63,713 bases of DNA, filler included, from 5 parts of 5 records of this genome joined end to end with filler, not necessarily neighbours in it; one strand, 5' to 3'. Shown: positions 18,704 to 29,477, numbered from the whole stretch's first letter. Program-made: numbers and translations. Notes: generated by a model not told the origin, from the sequence alone.

Positions 18704-20065
18704 ATGGCCAAAACAAAAACCACTTTTTTCTGTCAAAATTGCGGGGCACAATATGCCAAATGGCAAGGACAATGTAATTCGTGTAAGCAATGGAATACAA
18801 TTGCTGAAGAAGTAATCCAGAAAGCCGAAAAGATAAGTTGGAAATCTCCTGAAAATACATCGAAAAGAGTAGCAAAACCCCAACGAATTTCAGAAATATC
18901 TACCCAAGCAGAAGCCCGTTTAAACACCAAAAATAATGAGCTTAATCGTGTACTTGGCGGTGGGTTAGTGCCAGGCTCTTTAACACTTTTAGGAGGAGAA
19001 CCTGGAATCGGGAAGAGTACCTTGATGCTTCAAATTGCCCTTCAACTCCCTTATAAAACGCTTTATGTTTCTGGTGAAGAGAGCGCTCAGCAAATAAAAA
19101 TGCGTGCGGAACGTATTCAGCCTATTTCAGAAAATTGTTTTATTCTTACAGAAACAAAAACCCAAAATATCTTTAGAAATATTGAAGAAATTCAACCAGA
19201 TATTGTTGTTATAGATTCCATTCAAACCCTACATACAGATTATATTGAAAGCACCGCAGGAAGTATTTCGCAAATTCGAGAAACTACTGCAGAGCTTATA
19301 AAATTTGCCAAAGAAACTGCGACACCTGTTATCTTAATTGGTCATATTACCAAAGATGGAAACATAGCTGGACCTAAAATTTTGGAGCATATGGTAGATA
19401 CCGTACTTCAGTTTGAAGGCGATAGAAACCATATTTATAGAATTCTGCGCGCCAACAAAAACCGTTTTGGAAGCACAAATGAAATTGGCATCTACGAAAT
19501 GCAAGGTAGCGGTCTTCGTGAAGTTTCAAACCCTTCTGAAATATTAATTTCAAAAAACGAAGAAGATTTAAGCGGTACCGCAATTTCTGCAACTTTAGAA
19601 GGCATGCGTCCTTTAATGATTGAAATCCAAGCGTTGGTAAGTAGTGCGGTTTACGGTACGCCACAACGAAGCGCAACAGGTTACAATGCCAAACGCTTAA
19701 ATATGATTCTTGCCGTTTTGGAGAAAAGAGCAGGTTTTAAACTGGGCGCAAAAGATGTTTTCCTAAACGTAACAGGAGGAATTACGGTAGACGACCCCGC
19801 AATAGATTTGGCTGTTGTTGCAGCTGTGCTTTCTTCAAATATTGACATTGCTATTGATAAACGCCTTTGTTTTGCCGCTGAGGTTGGTCTTGCTGGTGAA
19901 GTGCGTCCCGTTACTAGAGTTGAACAGCGTATTTTGGAAGCAGAAAAACTGGGTTTTACTTCAATTGTAATTTCAAAATATTGTAAAATTCCGAAGAACG
20001 ATTTCCATATTAATATTATAAAAGTGGCAAAAGTTCATGATGTGGTTCATCATCTTTTTGGATAA
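18704..20065 (+). CDS. radA: DNA repair protein RadA/Sms
   Basis: CxxC..CxxC zinc finger; GEPGIGKS; KNRFG; Lon-like C-terminus. Confidence 0.98.
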   Translation: MAKTKTTFFCQNCGAQYAKWQGQCNSCKQWNTIAEEVIQKAEKISWKSPENTSKRVAKPQRISEISTQAEARLNTKNNELNRVLGGGLVPGSLTLLGGEPGIGKSTLMLQIALQLPYKTLYVSGEESAQQIKMRAERIQPISENCFILTETKTQNIFRNIEEIQPDIVVIDSIQTLHTDYIESTAGSISQIRETTAELIKFAKETATPVILIGHITKDGNIAGPKILEHMVDTVLQFEGDRNHIYRILRANKNRFGSTNEIGIYEMQGSGLREVSNPSEILISKNEEDLSGTAISATLEGMRPLMIEIQALVSSAVYGTPQRSATGYNAKRLNMILAVLEKRAGFKLGAKDVFLNVTGGITVDDPAIDLAVVAAVLSSNIDIAIDKRLCFAAEVGLAGEVRPVTRVEQRILEAEKLGFTSIVISKYCKIPKNDFHINIIKVAKVHDVVHHLFG

Positions 20066-20199
20066 TTTTGATTTTATTTCAATATGAAAGCCGATTATTG
20101 AAGCTTTTATAAAACCACTCCTTTCAAATTAACTTTTTTTTAGTCAAAAGGAAAATTCCTTAATGGTATCTTTAGGATTCAATTCTAAAAAATATCAGG

Positions 20200-21564
20200 A
20201 TGTCTATATTTTCAAAAATCAAACAAACCATTCACTTAATGAAGGACATCGATCTTGATGCTCTGGGAAAACTTTCACAAAAAGTAGATCTTTCTGAAAT
20301 AATGAAAACCGTTGGTGAGCTCGATGAACGCCAATTGGCTGGTTTAATGAAAATGCTAAAGCATAAAAGCGGGAAAAAAGGTCAACATAAATTACCACCG
20401 ATAGATGGCGATTTTTATAGTTTGGCTTTAAAACTGAGTCCCGAACAGCGGGAGCTTCAAATTAAAGTGAGAAATTTCATGGAAGACGAAATTAAGCCAA
20501 TAGCCAATGAATATTGGAATAAAGCCGAGTTTCCTTTTCATATAATTCCAAAAATGGCGGAGTTAGATATTTGTGGTATTTCATATGAGGGCATTGGGAA
20601 ATACAAACAGCCATTTTTAATGGAAGGAATAATAGCGATGGAATTGGCGCGAGTAGATGTTTCAATTTCCACCTTTTTTGGAGTGCATAGCGGTTTGGCG
20701 ATGGGCTCAATTTACGTTTGCGGAAGCGAAGAACAGAAGCAAGAATGGCTACCAAAAATGCAACGTATGGAATTAATTGGAGCTTTTGGTTTAACCGAGC
20801 CAGAAGTAGGTTCTGCTGTTGCTGGCGGTTTAGGAACAACGTGTAGACAGGAAGGCGATTCTTGGGTTTTAAACGGACAAAAAAAATGGATTGGGAATGC
20901 AACGTTTGCAGATGTTACAATTATTTGGGCTCGCGATGAAGCTACGAATCAAGTAAAAGGATTTTTAGTTAGAAAAGGGAATCCTGGTTTTAAAGCGGAA
21001 AAAATTGAAAATAAAATGGCACTTCGTACCGTGCAAAATGCGTTGATAACCCTGACTGATTGCCGTGTTCCTGAAAGTGATAGGCTTCAGAAATGTGATT
21101 CGTTTAAAGATACGGCAAAAGTTTTAAGAATGACTCGTGCTGGTGTAGCTTGGCAAGCTGTGGGTTGTGCTCGCGGAGCTTATGAAGCAGCTTTAAAATA
21201 CACAAAAAAACGCGAACAATTTGGAAAACCAATAGCTTCTTTTCAATTGGTGCAAAATCATTTGGTAGAAATGGTAGCAAATTTAACCGCCATGCAAACG
21301 ATGTGTTTTCGTTTATCTGAATTGCAAGATGAAGGCTTGTTAACCGACGAACACGCATCTTTGGCGAAAGTGTTTTGTAGCTTGCGAACCCGAGATGTAG
21401 TTAGCCAAGCTCGTGAAGTTATGGGCGGAAACGGTATTTTATTAGAGTATGATGTGGCGCGTTTTGTTGCTGATGCTGAAGCAATATATAGTTATGAAGG
21501 CACTAAAGAAATTAATTCGTTAATTGTTGGTCGTGCAATTACTGGCTATAGCGCATTTGTTTAA
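20200..21564 (+). CDS. Acyl-CoA dehydrogenase (glutaryl-CoA DH/ACX4-like) with N-terminal extension
   Basis: AFGLTEPEVGS, LNGQKKWIGN, REQFGKPIASFQLVQ, YSYEGT. Confidence 0.92.
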   Translation: MSIFSKIKQTIHLMKDIDLDALGKLSQKVDLSEIMKTVGELDERQLAGLMKMLKHKSGKKGQHKLPPIDGDFYSLALKLSPEQRELQIKVRNFMEDEIKPIANEYWNKAEFPFHIIPKMAELDICGISYEGIGKYKQPFLMEGIIAMELARVDVSISTFFGVHSGLAMGSIYVCGSEEQKQEWLPKMQRMELIGAFGLTEPEVGSAVAGGLGTTCRQEGDSWVLNGQKKWIGNATFADVTIIWARDEATNQVKGFLVRKGNPGFKAEKIENKMALRTVQNALITLTDCRVPESDRLQKCDSFKDTAKVLRMTRAGVAWQAVGCARGAYEAALKYTKKREQFGKPIASFQLVQNHLVEMVANLTAMQTMCFRLSELQDEGLLTDEHASLAKVFCSLRTRDVVSQAREVMGGNGILLEYDVARFVADAEAIYSYEGTKEINSLIVGRAITGYSAFV

Positions 21565-22598
21565 GGCGCAGGATTCGGAATTTGATTGTGAATTTTATCA
21601 ATTTCTTTTAAAATTTCTTTAGAAAGAACCACATTTATACTTTCAATATTTTCTGAAAGTTGCGCTATTGAAGTGCCTCCAATAATAGGTGCTGTCACAA
21701 ATTTTTTCTGAAGTATAAAAGCCAAAGATACATGCGTAAATGCTAAATTATGTTTTTTGGCAATTTCAAAATATTTTTCTGTGGCTTCAACGGCTGGTTT
21801 ATTGCTATAACGATTGTATTGCTTAAACTGATTTAAACGCGAATTTTCATCCGCTTTTCCATTTAAATATTTACCAGTAAGTGTTCCAAAACCTAAAGGA
21901 GAGTACGGCAAATAGCCAATATTTTCACGATGGAGAATTTCTGAAAGACCTATTTCGTCTTTTCTATTCAATAAATTATATGGGTTTTGGATGGAAACCA
22001 TCTTCAATTTTCCCTTTCGTGCTTCTTCCATACAACGCATCGCGCCAAAAGGAGTTTCGTTTGAAAGCCCTATGTGGCGTATTTTTCCTGCTTTTACAAA
22101 ACTTTCCAAATGTTGCAATACTTCCGAAAAATTGTCTTCCCAATTTTCAGCTTCATTTCTAGTATAATCACGTTGCCCAAAATAATTTGTGCTTCGCTCT
22201 GGCCAATGCAATTGGTATAAATCAATATAATCAGTTTGCAAGCGTGTTAAACTTTTATTGATGGCGTCCTCCAAAGATTTTTTACTGAAATCTAACGGCT
22301 GCCGAATATGATCCATACTCCGGCTTGGACCAGCAATTTTTGTAGCCAAAATTAAATTTTCTCGATTCTTCTTTTTTGCGAACCAATTACCAATATAGGT
22401 TTCCGTTTTTCCTTGCGTATTTTGGTTTGCCGGAACGGGATACATTTCGGCGCAATCTATAAAATTGATACCTTTTTCTATTGCAAAATCAAGCTGTTCG
22501 TGGGCTTCAGCTTCGGTATTTTGCTGCCCCCAAGTCATGGTGCCAAGGCAGAGTTTGCTAATTTTTAAATCTGTATTTGGAAAGATTGTATATTTCAT
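21561..22598 (-). CDS. Aldo/keto reductase, Tas-like
   Basis: CLGTMTWGQQN, FIDCAEMYPVP, DYIDLYQLHWP, IGLSNETP. Confidence 0.92.
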   Translation of the reverse strand: MKYTIFPNTDLKISKLCLGTMTWGQQNTEAEAHEQLDFAIEKGINFIDCAEMYPVPANQNTQGKTETYIGNWFAKKKNRENLILATKIAGPSRSMDHIRQPLDFSKKSLEDAINKSLTRLQTDYIDLYQLHWPERSTNYFGQRDYTRNEAENWEDNFSEVLQHLESFVKAGKIRHIGLSNETPFGAMRCMEEARKGKLKMVSIQNPYNLLNRKDEIGLSEILHRENIGYLPYSPLGFGTLTGKYLNGKADENSRLNQFKQYNRYSNKPAVEATEKYFEIAKKHNLAFTHVSLAFILQKKFVTAPIIGGTSIAQLSENIESINVVLSKEILKEIDKIHNQIPNPAP

Positions 22599-22618
22599 AA
22601 GTAATTACTAGCCTTAAT

Positions 22619-23383
22619 TTAAAATTCCAATTCCACCAAATGCGGACAATGATCACTGTGCATTGCGTCTGGTAAAATAACGGCTCGTTTTAGGTTTTTC
22701 TGAAGCGGTTCCGAAACCAAATTATAGTCTATTCGCCATCCTTTATTATTATTCCGAGCATTAGCGCGGTAGCTCCACCAAGTATAATTGTCTGGTTCTT
22801 TGTTGAAATGACGGAAACTATCTATAAAGCCACTTTTCATAAATCCGTCTAACCATTCCCGTTCAACAGGTAAAAACCCTGAAACGTTTTTATTTCTTAC
22901 AGGGTCGTGAATATCAATCGCTTCGTGACAAATATTATAATCACCACAAATAACCAAGTTTGGAATTTCCTTTTTTAAAGTATCAATATATTTCTGAAAA
23001 TCGGCCATATAAGTGAGTTTATGTTCCAAACGATTAATGTTAGTTCCACTTGGCAAATACAAACTCATCACCGAAACATCATCAAAATCTACACGAATAT
23101 TACGGCCTTCAAAATCCATATATTCAATGCCCGTTCCATATGCTATATGATTTGGTTTTACTTTTGAAAATATTGCAACGCCACTATATCCTTTTTTTTC
23201 TGCACTATACCAATAATGAAATGGATACCCAGCTTTTTCTATTTCTTCCACTTCTACTTGGTCAAAAGTAGCTTTGGTTTCTTGAAGGCAGACAACATCT
23301 GGGTCTGCGGCCTTTAGCCAATCAATAAAGCCTTTTCGCATTGCTGCGCGTATTCCGTTTACGTTGTACGATATTATTTTCAT
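22619..23383 (-). CDS. xth: Exodeoxyribonuclease III
   Basis: SYNVNGIRA, CLQETK, GDYN, YTWWSYR, GWRIDY, SDHCP. Confidence 0.96.
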   Translation of the reverse strand: MKIISYNVNGIRAAMRKGFIDWLKAADPDVVCLQETKATFDQVEVEEIEKAGYPFHYWYSAEKKGYSGVAIFSKVKPNHIAYGTGIEYMDFEGRNIRVDFDDVSVMSLYLPSGTNINRLEHKLTYMADFQKYIDTLKKEIPNLVICGDYNICHEAIDIHDPVRNKNVSGFLPVEREWLDGFMKSGFIDSFRHFNKEPDNYTWWSYRANARNNNKGWRIDYNLVSEPLQKNLKRAVILPDAMHSDHCPHLVELEF

Positions 23384-23507
23384 TGTAAGTAGCGTTTATT
23401 ATAGGGTACTAAGTTAATTAACATTGTATTTTTACAGGACTTGAACACCTAAAGATTTTCATAATATATTCACAAAATATAAAACGCTATAGTAAGTTAT
23501 ATTGATA

Positions 23508-26500
23508 ATGAAGTTATACCTCTCTGCTTTTTTGTTCTTTTTTGTGGCCATTGGCTATGCGCAGGACGTTTCTTCAAACTATCGTGAAAAGAAAGTGGCG
23601 GTGCAGGATACCGTGGTTTTGGATAGTGTAAGTATTAACCCAAAACGGTTTGCAGTCCTCGATAAAGATGGAAATGCTCCGAATCCTTTTAGTTACCGAA
23701 TAGATTTTAAAAAAGGAATAATTATTTTTTCTAAAGAATTACAGCAAGAAAAAGATTCCTTAACAATTCAATATTTACGGTATCCTGATTTTTTAACAAG
23801 AGATTATTTTGCCCTCGATCCAAAGATAATTGTTGAAAATACGGGTGAAATAGACAAACTTTATTCGCTTCAAGAAAATAATAATCAAAATATTTTTACC
23901 CCTTTTGATGGGTTAAACACTTCTGGAAGTATTTCTCGCGGAATTACAATTGGGAACAATCAAAATGCTGTGGTAAATAGTGAATTGGACCTCCAAATCA
24001 CAGGGAAACTGAGCGATAAGGTTTCTATTCGTGCGTCCATTCAAGATGCAAATATTCCTACTCAAGAAGGGGGTTATTCGCAAAGTTTAAATGAATTTGA
24101 TCAGATTTTTATTGAACTTTTTGGTGAAAATTGGAACATTCGTGCTGGGGATATCGATTTGCAAAATAACAACAGTTATTTCGGAAGATTTACAAAAAAA
24201 GTTCAGGGTATTTCACTCGGCGGAACATTTAATAATGACGATGGTTCAAAAATTTCGGCCTTTGCATCTGGCGCTTTGGTGCGGGGCGTTTTTTCTAAAA
24301 GTGAATTTTTAGGTCAAGAAGGTAATCAAGGACCGTATAAATTGGTTGGGCCTAATGGCGAACTTTATATTTTGGTCGTTTCGGGCAGTGAACGTGTTTA
24401 TGTAAACGGATTGCTTTTAAAACGGGGCGAAAACGAAGATTATGTTATTGATTATAACGCTGGCGAAATAAAGTTCAACCCCACATATCCTATAAATAGC
24501 AATATGCGTATTTCGGTGGAATATCAATATACCGATAGAAGTTATACGCGTTTTATAGGTTATGGCGGCGGAAATTATACAAGCGAAAATTTAGATTTGG
24601 GCGTCTATGTTTACTCTGAAAATGATGCGAAAAACCAACCGCTCCAACAAAACCTTACTGAAGAACAAGTGGCTATTTTACAAGCGGCCGGCGATGATCG
24701 TGATTTGATGAATGCGCCTTCTGCAGTTCCTGACACCTATTCTGAAAATAAAATTCTTTATAAAAAAGAAGTGTTAAATGGGGAAGAAATATTTGTGTTT
24801 TCAAATAATCCCGAAGATGAACTTTTTAGTGTTCGCTTTTCGCTTGTTGGCAATAATAACGGAAATTATGTAATTAGCGATAACAATGCTATAAGCAGAA
24901 TTTTTGAATATGTAGCTCCAATAAATGGATTGCCACAAGGAAATTATGAACCTGTTATTAAGCTGAATGCACCTTTAAAACTTCAGGTTGGTGGCCTTAA
25001 CGGAAGCTTCCATCCTTCAGAAAAAACACGTGTTGATTTTGAAGTTGCAGCTAGTAAAAATGACCTCAACCTTTTTAGCAATATTGACGATTCTAATAAT
25101 GATGGTTTTGCAGGAAGATTGGCTTTTAATCAGCGGGTTTTAACCACTGCAGATACCCTAAAAGTGGATGCTTTTGGGTCGTTAGATTTTGTGCAGAAAG
25201 ACTTTAAAACTATTGAAAGACTTTATAACATTGAATTTAATAGGGACTGGAATCTTACAGACCCATTGGGAAATCAGCGTTTTGTTATTTCTGGGGTTGA
25301 AGTTTCACATCCTAAAATTGGGGGTGGTCGCTATGAGTTTCAAAATTTAAATTATTCGGAAAATTTCAATGGAATACGACATGTTGTTGCTTCAGCTTTA
25401 AAACTTAAAAAACTCAAATTTGTAACCTACGGAAGTTATTTGAACAGTAAAGCAGATTCTATTTCTTCCAAATTTTTACGATTGAATAATACCACAACCT
25501 ATTCTTTTGAGAAAACTTGGGTAGGCGGAAAAATAGCTGTGGAGGACAACCAAATAAGGGATGTGGATCGTGATAGTATTTCACCAATAAGTCAGAAATT
25601 TAGCTCGTATGAAGTGTTTTCAGGCATTGGCGATAGCACCAAAGTATTTGTGGAAGCGGGGTATCAATTTCGAGTTAACGATAGTGTACGGGATAATTTG
25701 CTTCAAAAAGTAAATTCGTCTAACACTTATTTTATCAAGTCAAAACTTATAAGTACTGAAAACACCGAGCTTTCTGCTTTTGCAAATTATAGAACTTTAA
25801 AATATGAACCCAAGCCTGAAACTAGTTTTGACCCCAATGATACGCTTCCTTCCTTTATAAACAAACGGGAGACGGAGCGTTCCTTAAATTCAAGAATTAT
25901 CTATAACCAATCTTTGTTTGATAACGGTATTCGGTGGAATACAACCTTGGAATCTAACAATGGGGTAATTCCGCAGCAGGAATTCACATATGTAAAAACC
26001 GATGCTGGGCAAGGCGTTTACACTTGGATAGATTATAATGGCAACGGAATTCAGGAGTTGGAAGAGTTTGAAATTGCTCAGTTTCAAGACCAAGCGGAGT
26101 ATATTCGGATTTTGCTTCCCAATCAAATATTTTTGAAAATTCGTCAGAATAAATTTAGTCAAATCCTTACGTTGAATCCTCAAAATTGGTCGAAAAAAGA
26201 AGGTTTTAAAAAGTTGCTTTCACATTTTTACAATCAGACTTCGTATGTTTTAGATCGGAAAGTGAAGCGCAAAAACGATGGTTTTAACATAAACCCGTTT
26301 GAGGATGGCGGCGACGATCAATTAGGACTGACCCTTAATTTTCGAAATGCATTGTTCTTCAATCGTGGGAAACAGCATTTTACAACTAGCTATACATTTC
26401 TTTCTACATCAAGTGATAATTTGCTTGCAGTGGGTTTACAGCGTAATGAGCTTAAAAGTCACCAATTTAATTTTAATCATAAATTCTGGGAAAGTTGGTT

Positions 26501-26972
26501 GTTGAATTTTAAAGGGGCTACAAGCAGCAATGAAAGTCTTTCGGAGAGTTTTGCAACCAGAAATTATCTGTTAGATTCTTATGAATTTAATCCGAAAATT
26601 TCATACTTACTTAACCAACAAACCCGTTTTGATGTGTTTTATGAATTTGCAAACCAAGACAATCAATTGGGCGAAATGGAGAAATTGAGCCAGCAAACCA
26701 TCGGTTTTTCTTTTGCATATACCAATGCTGAAAAAATTTCGATTAACGGAGAATTCAATTATATAGATAACCAATTTGAAGGAAGTCCGTTTTCGCCTGT
26801 GGCATACCAAATGTTGGAAGGATTACAACCAGGCACAAACTTTACGTGGCGTTTACTTTTTCAAAAGCGAATAACAAAATATTTGGACGCCAATCTGTCT
26901 TATTTTGGAAGAAAAAGTGAAACAACTAAAACTGTGCATACAGGAAGCATTCAATTGCGGGCGTATTTTTAA
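23508..26972 (+). CDS. Very large uncharacterised outer-membrane protein (probable beta-barrel)
   Basis: Signal peptide; long runs of amphipathic strands; C-terminal beta-signal IQLRAYF; SprA-like GSERVYVNG..L.RG...DY.IDY..G motif. Confidence 0.7.
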   Translation: MKLYLSAFLFFFVAIGYAQDVSSNYREKKVAVQDTVVLDSVSINPKRFAVLDKDGNAPNPFSYRIDFKKGIIIFSKELQQEKDSLTIQYLRYPDFLTRDYFALDPKIIVENTGEIDKLYSLQENNNQNIFTPFDGLNTSGSISRGITIGNNQNAVVNSELDLQITGKLSDKVSIRASIQDANIPTQEGGYSQSLNEFDQIFIELFGENWNIRAGDIDLQNNNSYFGRFTKKVQGISLGGTFNNDDGSKISAFASGALVRGVFSKSEFLGQEGNQGPYKLVGPNGELYILVVSGSERVYVNGLLLKRGENEDYVIDYNAGEIKFNPTYPINSNMRISVEYQYTDRSYTRFIGYGGGNYTSENLDLGVYVYSENDAKNQPLQQNLTEEQVAILQAAGDDRDLMNAPSAVPDTYSENKILYKKEVLNGEEIFVFSNNPEDELFSVRFSLVGNNNGNYVISDNNAISRIFEYVAPINGLPQGNYEPVIKLNAPLKLQVGGLNGSFHPSEKTRVDFEVAASKNDLNLFSNIDDSNNDGFAGRLAFNQRVLTTADTLKVDAFGSLDFVQKDFKTIERLYNIEFNRDWNLTDPLGNQRFVISGVEVSHPKIGGGRYEFQNLNYSENFNGIRHVVASALKLKKLKFVTYGSYLNSKADSISSKFLRLNNTTTYSFEKTWVGGKIAVEDNQIRDVDRDSISPISQKFSSYEVFSGIGDSTKVFVEAGYQFRVNDSVRDNLLQKVNSSNTYFIKSKLISTENTELSAFANYRTLKYEPKPETSFDPNDTLPSFINKRETERSLNSRIIYNQSLFDNGIRWNTTLESNNGVIPQQEFTYVKTDAGQGVYTWIDYNGNGIQELEEFEIAQFQDQAEYIRILLPNQIFLKIRQNKFSQILTLNPQNWSKKEGFKKLLSHFYNQTSYVLDRKVKRKNDGFNINPFEDGGDDQLGLTLNFRNALFFNRGKQHFTTSYTFLSTSSDNLLAVGLQRNELKSHQFNFNHKFWESWLLNFKGATSSNESLSESFATRNYLLDSYEFNPKISYLLNQQTRFDVFYEFANQDNQLGEMEKLSQQTIGFSFAYTNAEKISINGEFNYIDNQFEGSPFSPVAYQMLEGLQPGTNFTWRLLFQKRITKYLDANLSYFGRKSETTKTVHTGSIQLRAYF

Positions 26973-27008
26973 TTTTTGTATCTTGAAACTTCACAAAACC
27001 TCAAAACC

Positions 27009-27386
27009 ATGTTACTAAAAATTATTCTTGCTTCTTTAATGTTGGCAATATCTTCCTGTGTTTCTACCCAAACTCAATCTGAAAATATAGAAACAAATAG
27101 CCCCGAAGAAATTGAGGCTAAAAAGATTGCCGCAGCAGAAAAAATGGCTGCGGGCTATATTCCAGGACGCATTATTTATTCAGATTTGGCTGGAGATTGC
27201 GAATATACGATTCAGATTAAAGATGGCGCGCGCGGTTTTTATTATGTAGATCCAATCAATTTAAGTGAAAAATTTCATACAAATGGGCAAACTATTTGGG
27301 TGAAATATGGAGGTCTTGGAAGAATGAATCGTTGCGAAAAAGCAGCTCCAGTAAGTATTATTGAAATTGAAAATAGAGACGAGTAA
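27009..27386 (+). CDS. Hypothetical lipoprotein, paralogue 1
   Basis: Lipobox ISSC; GDCEYTIQ...DPINL...RMNRCEKA. Confidence 0.75.
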   Translation: MLLKIILASLMLAISSCVSTQTQSENIETNSPEEIEAKKIAAAEKMAAGYIPGRIIYSDLAGDCEYTIQIKDGARGFYYVDPINLSEKFHTNGQTIWVKYGGLGRMNRCEKAAPVSIIEIENRDE

Positions 27387-27493
27387 AAAATTTTTATTAG
27401 ATAAAAAGGATTTTGGCTCACAAAATAATGCTAAAATCAGATTGAAAAACTATAGTTTTTGTAACTTCAATATTCACTTTAAAACAAATTAAA

Positions 27494-27877
27494 ATGTTTT
27501 TAAAATTAACTCTTTTAGCTTTTTCAGTAGTAATCCTTTCTTGTGGTACTGCGGAAAAACAAACTATTTCTACCACAGTATCAACTACAACATCTGAAAC
27601 AACTTCAAATACGGAACGTATAAATCCAGAAAAAATGGTTCAGGCTGGATATTTACTAGGAACAGTTGTTTATTCAGATAAAGAAGGTGATTGTGAATAC
27701 ACCATTCAAATGCCAGGAAATAAGATGGAATTCTATTATCTAGATCCTATAAATCTGGACGAAAATTATAAAAAAGATGGACAAAAAGTGTGGATAAAAT
27801 TTGCTGGTTTACGAAGAATGAATCGTTGTGATAAAGCAACGCCAGCTGAAATACTTGACATAAAAAAAGGAGGATAA
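27494..27877 (+). CDS. Hypothetical lipoprotein, paralogue 2
   Basis: Lipobox ILSC; GDCEYTIQ...DPINL...RMNRCDKA. Confidence 0.78.
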   Translation: MFLKLTLLAFSVVILSCGTAEKQTISTTVSTTTSETTSNTERINPEKMVQAGYLLGTVVYSDKEGDCEYTIQMPGNKMEFYYLDPINLDENYKKDGQKVWIKFAGLRRMNRCDKATPAEILDIKKGG

Positions 27878-27892
27878 TTTAATATCCTCCTT
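27867..27892. terminator. Hairpin between convergent genes
   Basis: AAGGAGGATA-atttaa-TATCCTCCTT. Confidence 0.65.
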
Positions 27893-27929
27893 CCTTATAA
27901 ATAATAGAATTAACTACTTAAAAAAATCA

Positions 27930-29465
27930 TTAAGAAAGCCAGCTTTGGAATGAAATGGTTTCTTTCATTTTCTCTGAAATTTCTTCAATTTTAATGCGCT
28001 CTTGCTCCATAGTATCGCGATAGCGTATTGTTACGGTATTATCTTCAATAGTTTGGTGATCTACAGTGATGCAGAAAGGTGTTCCGGCTGCATCTTGACG
28101 ACGATAGCGTCTGCCAACGGCATCTTTTTCATCATAAATAACGTTGTAATCCCACTTAAGATCTTCAATTATTTTATGTGCTATTTCTGGCAAACCATCT
28201 CTTTTTATTAGTGGAAGCACAGCTGCTTTCACTGGAGCCAAAATTGCTGGAATTTTAAGTACTGTACGCACACTTCCGTCTTCTAAAGTTTCGTCTTGAA
28301 GGGAATTGCTTAAAACAGCAAGGAACATTCTGTCTAGTCCAATAGAAGTTTCAACTACATACGGAACATAGCTTTCATTTAATTCTGGATCGAAAAACTG
28401 TAATTTTTTCCCAGAGAATTTTTCGTGTGCCTTTAAATCGAAATCGGTGCGGGAATGTATTCCTTCCAATTCTTTAAAGCCAAAAGGAAAATTAAACTCA
28501 ATATCAGACGCGGCATTGGCGTAATGCGCAAGTTTTTCATGGTCGTGGAAACGATAGTTTTCTTCGCCCATACCAAGAGAATAATGCCATTTTATACGCG
28601 TTTCTTTCCAGTATTCGTACCATTTTAGTTCATCACCAGGACGCACAAAAAATTGCATTTCCATTTGTTCAAATTCACGCATTCGGAAAATAAATTGGCG
28701 TGCAACGATTTCATTTCTAAAAGCTTTTCCTGTTTGAGCAATTCCAAAAGGAACTTTCATTCTTCCACTTTTTTGAACGTTCAAAAAGTTAACGAAGATA
28801 CCTTGCGCAGTTTCTGGGCGAAGGTATAGATCCATTGCGCTATCTGCTGAAGCACCGAGTTTTGTGCCAAACATTAAGTTGAACTGACGAACTTCAGTCC
28901 AGTTTTTAGAACCTGTATCAGGATCTGCAATACCAAGTTCTTCAATCAGCGCTTTTACATCTGCTAAGTCTTCCTTTTCAAGTGAACGCGCCATTCGCTC
29001 TAAAACAGAGCGTTGTTCTTCCAAATATTTTACAACCCGAGGGTTTGTAGTAACAAATTGTTCTTCATCAAAACTATCGCCAAAGCGATCTTTAGCTTTT
29101 TTTATTTCTTTTTGTGCTTTTTGGTAAATCTTTTCGGCATAATCTTCAATTAGCACATCTGCACGATACCTTTTTTTGGAATCTTTATTGTCTATTAACG
29201 GGTCGTTGAATGCATCAACGTGGCCAGAAGCTTTCCAAGTTGTTGGGTGCATTAATATTGCAGAATCGATGCCTACAATATTTTGGTGCATGTATACCAT
29301 GCTTCGCCACCAATATTCACGAATATTTTTCTTTAATTCAACCCCATTTTGGGCGTAATCGTATACTGCACTAAGACCGTCATATATTTCACTTGATGCG
29401 AAAATATAACCGTACTCTTTTGCGTGAGAGACTACTTTTTTAAATTGATCATCATTGTTTGCCAT
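27930..29465 (-). CDS. glyQS: Glycine-tRNA ligase (alpha2, GlyQS type)
   Basis: ASGHVDAFNDP, YLRPETAQGIF, FRNEI, FRMREFEQMEMQFF, GRRYRRQD; ATG 29465. Confidence 0.97.
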   Translation of the reverse strand: MANNDDQFKKVVSHAKEYGYIFASSEIYDGLSAVYDYAQNGVELKKNIREYWWRSMVYMHQNIVGIDSAILMHPTTWKASGHVDAFNDPLIDNKDSKKRYRADVLIEDYAEKIYQKAQKEIKKAKDRFGDSFDEEQFVTTNPRVVKYLEEQRSVLERMARSLEKEDLADVKALIEELGIADPDTGSKNWTEVRQFNLMFGTKLGASADSAMDLYLRPETAQGIFVNFLNVQKSGRMKVPFGIAQTGKAFRNEIVARQFIFRMREFEQMEMQFFVRPGDELKWYEYWKETRIKWHYSLGMGEENYRFHDHEKLAHYANAASDIEFNFPFGFKELEGIHSRTDFDLKAHEKFSGKKLQFFDPELNESYVPYVVETSIGLDRMFLAVLSNSLQDETLEDGSVRTVLKIPAILAPVKAAVLPLIKRDGLPEIAHKIIEDLKWDYNVIYDEKDAVGRRYRRQDAAGTPFCITVDHQTIEDNTVTIRYRDTMEQERIKIEEISEKMKETISFQSWLS

Positions 29466-29477
29466 AGCGCAAAAATA

